This document shows, piece after piece, positions 55,601-64,000 of a DNA stretch of 64,000 bases (the stretch's first letter is position 1; each line of letters begins with the position of its first letter). Source of the DNA: Eledone cirrhosa (taxonomy: Eukaryota); NCBI GenBank assembly GCA_964016885.1, contig OZ024742.1, forward strand, positions 23,312,001 through 23,376,000, written 5' to 3'. The notes below the pieces were generated by a model. It was not told the DNA's origin. It did not search any database and saw nothing but the letters and a program-made list of their open reading frames with translations. The position numbers were made by a program, and so were the translations under genes.

Positions 55601-56500
55601 TTTGGAGTTCTGGATCTTAGGGAGGGTGTCTCGTTGCCCCATGTCAGATTCTTTCATTTTCATCCATTCGATCATAATTTCATCCTTCAAGTTGGCAAGT
55701 TCATTCTCATTCATTTCTTTATCATTTACGATCTCATTATTTTCATTTGGAGTTTCATCCTGAGCATGCACTCCCTCCACTTTTTCGATCCTTTCTTTAA
55801 TTTGTTCTGTTGCCAGTGATTCCGCCCCAACCCTGGGATTCGAAGTGTTACAGTTTACCTCGTTTTCACTGACACATGTTCCATTTTCCCTTCGCTGACT
55901 TTGTGCTAATAGCTTGATCTGATCAATTTCTATATCAGTTAGTAACTTTTTTCTTACAATATTTCTTCGTATATTGGCTAGTTTGTTACTGTCAATATAG
56001 CCTCTGTTTTCGGGATGTTTCTTTTTCCAGTTGATATATGTCTGTTCGGTATTCGATGTATTTGATGGGTAGTACATGGCAGTGTAGAAAGCCTCAAGGA
56101 CTTCTTTATTATCTTCCCTTGACCATTTTTCTCTCTTTTTCTTTGGATTTCTTGGTGGTGAGCATGGAGGGCCAACAGTAAGAGTATTCCGGTTATGGGA
56201 GGTCTCCAGCTCCGAAGTGATGGGAAGGTTTGAACCATTAGCTGATTTTTCGACCCCAGTCTGGTTCCTCTCTGAGGGACATGGCCCTTTTTTACCCGGG
56301 TGACCGCCGATCCGGTATGAGATTTTATCATTGGACATTTACTTTATTTTGTTGCGTTTTATCCTTATCCGCCAAGGGGTAATCATTTCGTGTTACCGCT
56401 TCTAGAACGAGTGTCAACCAAGACTAAAGGGGTCGTTCTCCCCTAGAGACACGGCTATTCCCCGCCGGCCGCCATCCCGGTATTTCTTGGTCACGGGGTT
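52633..56500 (-). mobile_element. Near full-length R4/Dong-clade RLE LINE (family A), frameshifted ORF 56338-52777
   Basis: REKWS N-terminus; RT (KSPGKD, YRPITCL, WIDYKKAFDS, GIFQGDSLSP, FYMDD); CRVC..ETIDHIISMC, RHD, RPDII..D..K..KY..PVVVGALG; (TAA)n tail. Confidence 0.96.
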
Positions 56501-56984
56501 TTCTTTTTGTTGTTTTTTTAAATTGTTATTATCATGAGTGGTTCCTTAATGTGAGCATTGCGTGGCTTAAGAATGAAATTATTAATAATTGTCTCCACTC
56601 CAGGAACAAGGCCAGCAATCACCCAGTGCATTACAATAATATAATATACTTTTTGCTGAAGTTGCCTGTTATTGTTGTTGGCTATGTCGGTGGTGGTGCT
56701 GGGGCTTTTTTATATTGTTGGTGAGGAAGGGGGAGCCAGCAGTGCCATAGTTGTTGATGATTGTTGACGTTTGGCCGGTGGCCAGGTCACTAAGTCAATC
56801 TATTTATATCGTTTTCTAGCCTCTCCCTTGTCTAGTGATACCGCCACCTTCCTCTTTCTTAAGTTAACAGGGGAATAGTGGTGGTAGCAATGAAGGAGTG
56901 ATGGCGGCGGTGATGGGATAGTGGTAGCAATGATGGATGGAGTGGTGGCGGCGGTGGCGTTGTCGTTACTGAGTTTTGTTGAAT

Positions 56985-57105
56985 GACTAGTTTTTTTGAT
57001 ATGTAGTATCTATGCGTTTGTGTCGCGTATGTTTAATATGTGTTGAATAGACTAGTTTTGTTTGATCTGTAGTATCTATGCGTTTGTGTCGCGTATGTTT
57101 AATAT
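56985..57105. repeat. Tandem duplication of about 66 bp
   Basis: GACTAGTTTT..GAT.TGTAGTATCTATGCGTTTGTGTCGCGTATGTTTAATAT twice. Confidence 0.85.
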
Positions 57106-57592
57106 ATGTGTTAATATATGTGTTGACATATTCCCGTAAAATTGGAATTAAACATTTTGTTAAAACTTGAGACAATAATAATAGTAATTATTATTATGAT
57201 GCTGGGATTGGTGGTGGTGGTGGTGGTGAAATTGCCGTTATCTGGCTGTTATATTTAGTGTACACAGCGGGGTGATGGGGTAGGTGGTGTATCAAGTTTC
57301 TGGTGTTGGTGAAATTGCTGTTATGTGGCTGTTCTATATAGTGTAGACAGAGGGAGTTTTCTTCCATTTATAACCATTTTCTTTTTTGAATATAAAATAT
57401 ATAATACAAAATTGAATATTTGAGCGATATAACAATATATTATGGATCCGAAATTTGATGAGACTTGATTCGGAGGTTTATGTATTATTTGTACTAAGAA
57501 TTGTTATTTCACAATTGATTTAAATATGTTAAAAATCAAAAACTTACGGGAGCGATTTCATGACCTTCTACCACCTCGTGCATCTTCTTCCC

Positions 57593-57649
<57 letters not shown>

Positions 57650-57654
57650 CATTG

Positions 57655-58909
57655 CTATTACTCCTTGAGTCTCAGTCATTGATGTTAGTTAACTGGAAAG
57701 TTTGTTGGAATGAATATCAAGCCACTACCTGCAGCCTCAGATATTCAGGACGTATCGGAGGGTTCTTGCTGTTCCCAGCAAGCATGCCTTTTGAAGCGTT
57801 CCAAAAAGCGTGAAGGGGCCGATTTTCTTTAACCATCCCTGGAAACTTTTGGAGATAGTCCACAGTGCGCCTATGACAATCGGGATCACTTTGACTTCAT
57901 GGCAGTTCCAAATCCTTTTTACCTCCCACTTTAAGTCCTGGTATCGGTTAATGTTTCCCTCTCCTTCTCTTGCACTCTCGTGTCGAATGGGCAGGCCACA
58001 TCCACAATCAGACACAATCTTTTTTCTTTGTCCACAACCACCAGGTCAGGTCTATTGTGTTCCAGTTTCTTGTCCGTCTGTATCCTAAAATCCCACAGCA
58101 CCTTCACATGATCGTTCTCTATCACCGCCTCTGGCTTATGCTCATACCATTTCTCAGAATGTGGTAAATTGTTTACTTTGCACAGGTGCCAGTGGATCAC
58201 CCTGCCCATCACATTAGGTGTCCAGCCCTTATAGTGGGTCTGGGCTAGGTGTTTACACTCGGATACAATGTAAGCCACAGTCTCCTCTCTCCACAGCTCC
58301 TGCACAGTGGGCTAGCCTCCTCCTTGTAAATATGGTGTTTCAACCATTTCGTTTTGAGGGCCTGCTCCTGCGCAGCCATTAACATTCCTTCTGTAGCCTT
58401 TTTAAGGTCTCCTCTTTTCAACGAGTTCCATGTCTGTGGATCTCTAAATTCAGTTTTCTCAAAGAAGGTACTATGAAGGGATTTTTCCTGAAGGCTGCTC
58501 TTTCTCCTTGATGTTATTTCCTCCTTGGACATCCCCTGGCCCATTGTCCCCTCCTTCAGTACAGTTCTGAGCATTGGCTCCTTACTATCAGTCACGTATT
58601 TGTGTAGGTTGTTTTTCTCCATCTGAACACAGTCCTCTATGCTGATAAGACCTCTTCCACCCTCATATCTCCATAAGTAGAGTCTATCGACATCACTCCT
58701 CTTGTGGAACATGTTGTAGATAGTCAATAGCTTCCTAGTCTTCCTATCCATTTCTTTTTGTTCAGCAACATTCCATCTCAGAATTCCCGCACTGTACCTA
58801 ATAATAGACACAGCTCGGGAATTTACTGCGCTTATGGCATTTCTGCTGTTCAGATGTGACTTCAATACGCTCCTTACTCTCCGAATGTATTCAGTTCTTA
58901 ACAATTCCT

Positions 58910-58912
<3 letters not shown>
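57655..58912 (-). mobile_element. 5'-truncated R4/Dong LINE (family B), RT C-terminus and RLE, flanked by (TAA)n
   Basis: EYIRRVR..DRLYL..GGRGL..AAQEQAL..CRSC..SEC..WDF.IQTD..HNRPDLVV..DVACP..PIVIGAL. Confidence 0.93.
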
Positions 58913-58963
<51 letters not shown>

Positions 58964-58965
<2 letters not shown>

Positions 58966-59460
58966 TGCATTCATCTTGCTTTATGTTTATACGAGTTATC
59001 ACCAAGTCACAACCAGTGACCTCAAGAGACAACAAGGTCCGCCATGTTCAAGAAAGAACACACATATTCACACATGCATCCTTAGTGTTTAGACTTGTGA
59101 TGTACTTATATTGACAGGATCTTCCTTAGTATATGGGCAGTTCCCATTAGTACTATCTTTTGTATTTCTCCTATACGCGGGTTTCCTGGGATTTGCGATA
59201 AGTAGTCGTTAGACCCCTTAGGTATCATTCCCAGAGCGCCTACAACCACTGGTATTGTTTTAGTTCTCAATTTCCACATTTTTCCAATTTCTATCTCCAG
59301 GTCCTTATACTTGCTCAATTTTTCAAATGTTTTTATAGATACATTCTTGTCTATTGGAACAGACATATCAATTAGCAGGCATACCCTCCTTTGAAAGTCC
59401 TTCAATATTATATCAGGTCTATTTGCATCTATTTTTCGGTCTGTTTGGATGCTAAAGTTC
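58964..59460 (-). mobile_element. Short 3' fragment of Dong family A between (TAA)n tracts
   Basis: Near identical to 52635-53130. Confidence 0.95.
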
Positions 59461-59463
59461 TTC

Positions 59464-59502
<39 letters not shown>

Positions 59503-59505
<3 letters not shown>

Positions 59506-60209
59506 CTTGAGTCTCAGTCATTGATGTTAGTTAACTGGAAAGTCCTTTGGAATGAATATCAAGCCACTACCTGCAGCCTCAGATATTCAGGACATATCGG
59601 AGGGTTCTTGCTGTTCCCAGCAAGCATGCCTTTTGAAGCGTTCCAAAAAGCGTGAAGGGGCCGATTTTCTTTAACCATCCCTGGAAAGTTTTGGAGATAG
59701 TCCCCAGTGCGCCTATGACAATCGGGATCACTTTGACTTCATGGCAGTTCCAAATCCTTTTTACCTCCCACTTTAAGTCCTGGTATCCGTTAATTTTTAC
59801 CTCTCCTTCTCTTGCACTCTCGTGTCGAATGGGCAGGCCACATCCACAATCAGACACGATCTTTTTTCTTTTTCCACAACCACCAGGTCAGGTCTATTGT
59901 GTTCTAGTTTCTTGTCCGTCTGTATCCTAAAATCCCACAGCACCTTCACCTGATCGTTCTCTATCACCGCCTTTGGCTTATGCTCATACCATTTCTCAGA
60001 ATGTGGTAAATTGTTTACTTTGCACAGGTGCCAGTGGATCACCCTGCCCATCTCATCATGTCTCCAGCCCTTATAGTGGGTCTGGGCTAGGTGTTTACAC
60101 TCGGATACAATGTGAGCCACAGTCTCCTCTCTCTCTCCACAGATCCGGCACAGTGGGCTAGCCTCCTCCTTGTAAATATGGTGTTTCAACCACTTCGTTT
60201 TGAGGGCCT
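59503..60209 (-). mobile_element. 3' fragment of Dong family B between (TAA)n tracts
   Basis: Near identical to 57662-58363; CRICGEREETVAHIVSEC, RHD, RPDL. Confidence 0.95.
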
Positions 60210-60210
60210 G

Positions 60211-60321
<111 letters not shown>

Positions 60322-60649
60322 CATACTACGTAAGCATTCGGAGTAACGCCGAGGGCAGTTTTCCAGATATTATATTTGGATATTTTCTTTGAGAGTTATA
60401 CTATCATTTGTTGAGTCTGATAACCGAATGAGAGGCAACTATTTCTTTATCTTTAATTACACTATCTGCTAAATTTGTCTTAAACTGCTGCTGATGTTTT
60501 TGTTCACCATTGGAGTTGCTAGTGTGTTGTTGTTGTTATTCTTATTGGGGTCCTTATGTTGGGAGAACATTTTGTTTTGACTTTGTATTATCCGCCATTT
60601 TGAAACATCCTTGTATCCAATAAAGAAATCATTGTTAAAGCAAGTTAAT

Positions 60650-61440
60650 AATTGTTTCTACTTTTGGCACAAGGCCAGCAATTATCCCAGTGCATTTCTG
60701 GTACTTTATTTTATCGACCCCGTAACGATGAAAAGCAAAGTTAACCTCGGCGGGATTTGAACTCAGATCATAAAGGGCCGTAAATATATGCTGCAAAGCA
60801 TGGCGTCCGACCATCTACCGATACTGCCAATCCACGTTAATAATGATTTGTTTATTGCCCAGAAGGGCCAAAACAATGGCGGATAATACAACGACAAAAC
60901 AAACTTGCTGTCAACAACAGAGCCCCAATAACATATGTTAAAATTGGTGAATTGGCAATATCGGTAGGGACTCGAACACAATGCATTGCATGTCCCTTTG
61001 ACTTCTGAGTTCAAAACAAAGGGTGGTTAGCTTTGCCATTGATGCTATCGCGGTCGATAAAATAAAATACCGGTAACGTACTGGGATCGATTTAATCGAC
61101 TTTCCTCTCCCCCAAAATTGTTGGCCTTGAGTTTAAGTCAGAAACCATAATTAATTGGCAGTATCAGTAGAGGGTCGAACGTCTTGCTTTGCAGCATAGA
61201 GTTACGGTCCTTTATGATCTGAGTTAAAATACTGCCGAGGTTATTTTTGCCTTTCATCCTTACGGGGTCGATAAAATATAGTACCGGTAGAAAGTAGAAA
61301 CAATTTTAACTAAATTAGCTTTACCTTTCTTCCGTAAGAAATTGATAACATAAAGTACCAGTAACACAATGGGGTTGATTTAATCGACATTCCTCTCCTC
61401 CAATGTTGTTGGCCTTGTGTCTAAATCAGAAACCATTATT
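60650..61440. mobile_element. SINE cluster (- 60650-60835; + about 60945-61150, 61155-61304 and 61330-61440)
   Basis: A box, B box, core and tail motifs; GTTAATAAT flanks the first copy on both sides. Confidence 0.85.
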
Positions 61441-61689
61441 AACGTATATTTGCTAGCTATATTTTGCCAGTGTAGCCATAGCGTATGTTCCAACAAAGAG
61501 CATGTATTTGTGATATCTAGCATGTTATCATCATTTGATAAATGGCGTTCTGATGTAGCGATGGCGTTTCTCCTGAGAATCATATCTCATTTTGATTTTC
61601 GATATCTCCCTCATTGGTTCGATTATCTTTCAGGTCATACGTATAAATGAACCAAATTCTAACTTAGCCTTCATAACTTCTTCTCTACT

Positions 61690-62270
61690 ACAGTCACTAA
61701 CAACACCACCAGCATCATCCCCTACATAACCAACGTCGCCGTAGCCAGTATCACCACCACTGCTAATATCACCACCACCACCAATATCATCACCCCACCA
61801 TCACCAGCGTCATCACCTCTCGCACTCCACCATTACCACCACCAACAGCAACATCAACACCATCACCAGCAAAATCTCAACCACCATAACTTCCACCACC
61901 ATCAGTACTATCACCATATCCACCACCACAACAACAACCATCACCATCATCAACAACAACATCATCGCTACAACCACAACCTCCCCCCACCACCAGTACA
62001 ATCACCACATCCACCACCACAATCACCCCCACCACTACCATCAACAACAAAAACATCATCACTACAACCAGCAAAACCTCTACCACAACAACAACCCCCA
62101 CTATCATCAACGACAACAACACATCCACCACCACCACCACAACAACAACAATCATCAACAACAACAACATTCTCACTATAACCAGCAAAACCTCTACCAC
62201 CACAACATCCACCACCGCTGGAACCACACCCCCACTATAACACCCACCACCACCATCGACAACAACACAT
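61690..62270. repeat. Degenerate (CAC/CAA/CAT)n low-complexity tract
   Basis: Direct reading. Confidence 0.85.
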
Positions 62271-63694
62271 AATTCTCTTTCAAACGTATAACTCTGTTGT
62301 ATTTTCCATCAATTGTTCCTAGTCTTCTGCACTAGGTTATATTGTTAGATTATTCAACACAGATTACTGATAGTTTATGTTCTTACTTGCAGTTAGTTTC
62401 ATTTATTCTCTATGTTTCTATCTCTATAGCTATATCTTCCGATAACCTTATTCCTTTTACAATTTGAATCATTGAAATATTGTGGATTCTTTCTCCTCAG
62501 ACAATCAATATGACTTTACAAATGACTGATTTTTTTCTTAACCCTATTGACACTCTCTTGGCATGTTTAGACATTAATCTTGTGCTTCTGAGAAAACTAT
62601 TGATCCCGATCTGCCCTCAATCTGTTAAATCTTATACACCGGCGTTCTACTATCTTTCTATTGGCGGTTCACATAGCTACAGTTTAGCCTTTCTGTTCTA
62701 TTTCTAGAGAGGATATATACGATTTCTTCACATCTATCAGATATCCTTTCGTTCGTGTGTTGTCATGGATTAAAACAAATTTCATTCTTTTGAATAGTAA
62801 GTTCAAAGCAACGTTGTGGAGCCTTTTGATGTGTAATGGGTTAAAAAACAGTCAGTTAGTAATATATTAAAGTTGATTATGACGGATAGCGGAAGAATGT
62901 TCTCGTTTTTCGACATTCCATTATCGGAGAGCTATGATACAGTTGGCAATTATTTAATACCTCTTTGTGTATTCACTTTATTAGAAACCTAATTCATCTA
63001 AAATGACTAGCATTTTGTCTTGATCTCAACATTTTAGCTGCTGTATAAAATTTAAAATAGTTTATAAAATGTTTTTCACGGTTCTCAATAAACTTAACGC
63101 ACAAGATGCCGCCCATCGGAAACTTTTATTCAGATTATTCTTTGATATCAATATAAATAAAAGAACATCTTGATCAATAATGATTGGAAATGTAAATATT
63201 CCTCCTTATTTTCTATGAATTCATGCCTAATTTTTCGGCTATAACCATTTATTTCATATCCTTTTCTCCCTTCGTTTATCATATTATTCTCAGGTCAGGC
63301 ATTTGCAATGAGTGAGGAGTAATTCTTCATCCGTACTACATATGACACACTAATAGACTATATAATGTATATTTTACATACCTGTAGACTATAAAATTTA
63401 GATTTTACTTACTAATTGTCACTATACACTATATAGTATATACAAATGGAGTATACATTGTATATACCACATACCAATGTGGGCTGAACTAATTTTATAT
63501 TTCTAGAACATATTATACACCAATTGATTATATAATATATATTTAACATACATGTAAATTCTATACCTTATATATTACATACTAATAGATTATATACAAA
63601 TAGAATACAAACTGTATATATAAAACATACCAATAGATTAAATACTGTATATATTACATATTAATAGACAACTGCTACTATTACTACTACTACT

Positions 63695-63850
63695 GTCCCT
63701 TACAGTCTAAGATCAAATCCCGTCGAGGTTAACTTTGCCTTTCATTCTTACGGGGTCGATAAGATAACGTACCAGTAACGTACTGAGGTCGATTTAATCG
63801 ATTTCCCTCCCCCAAATTACTGGCCTTGTGCCTATACTAGAAAATCATTA
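63695..63850 (+). mobile_element. 5'-truncated SINE followed by (CTA)n
   Basis: CAAATCCCGTCGAGGTTAACTTTGCCTTTCAT..GGGGTCGATAA..GGCCTTGTGCCTA. Confidence 0.85.
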
Positions 63851-63899
63851 TTACTACTACTACTACTGCCATCACCACTGCTGCTGCTGCTGCTGCTGG

Positions 63900-63971
<72 letters not shown>

Positions 63972-64000
63972 CTACCTACATACCTACCTACCTACCTACG

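Overview
AT-rich, microsatellite-dense animal DNA with no recognisable host gene. The repeat landscape resembles a coleoid cephalopod (Octopus-like), but that is an inference. Almost everything interpretable is transposon-derived. This includes four Naiad-like Penelope (GIY-YIG) remnants, two with 5' inversions; four Tx1-clade LINE copies, one near full length; four R4/Dong-type RLE LINE copies stacked in (TAA)n; CRE and RTE fragments; an internally deleted mariner; and about 20 copies or fragments of a tRNA-derived Nin/Deu-domain-like SINE. The most notable signal, which the ORF track does not show, is a set of hammerhead ribozyme (HHR) motifs. Four unrelated short non-coding fold-back elements in (TA)-rich sequence carry mirror-image whole or partial HHRs pointing outward. 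Two other HHRs share a variant CCGANGA core and a bulged stem I. Other leads are an (AAT)n hotspot shared by Tx1, SINE and Dong, a possible SINE-Tx1 3'-end partnership, and a pseudoknot-like Dong 5' UTR. Most listed ORFs are microsatellite artefacts.
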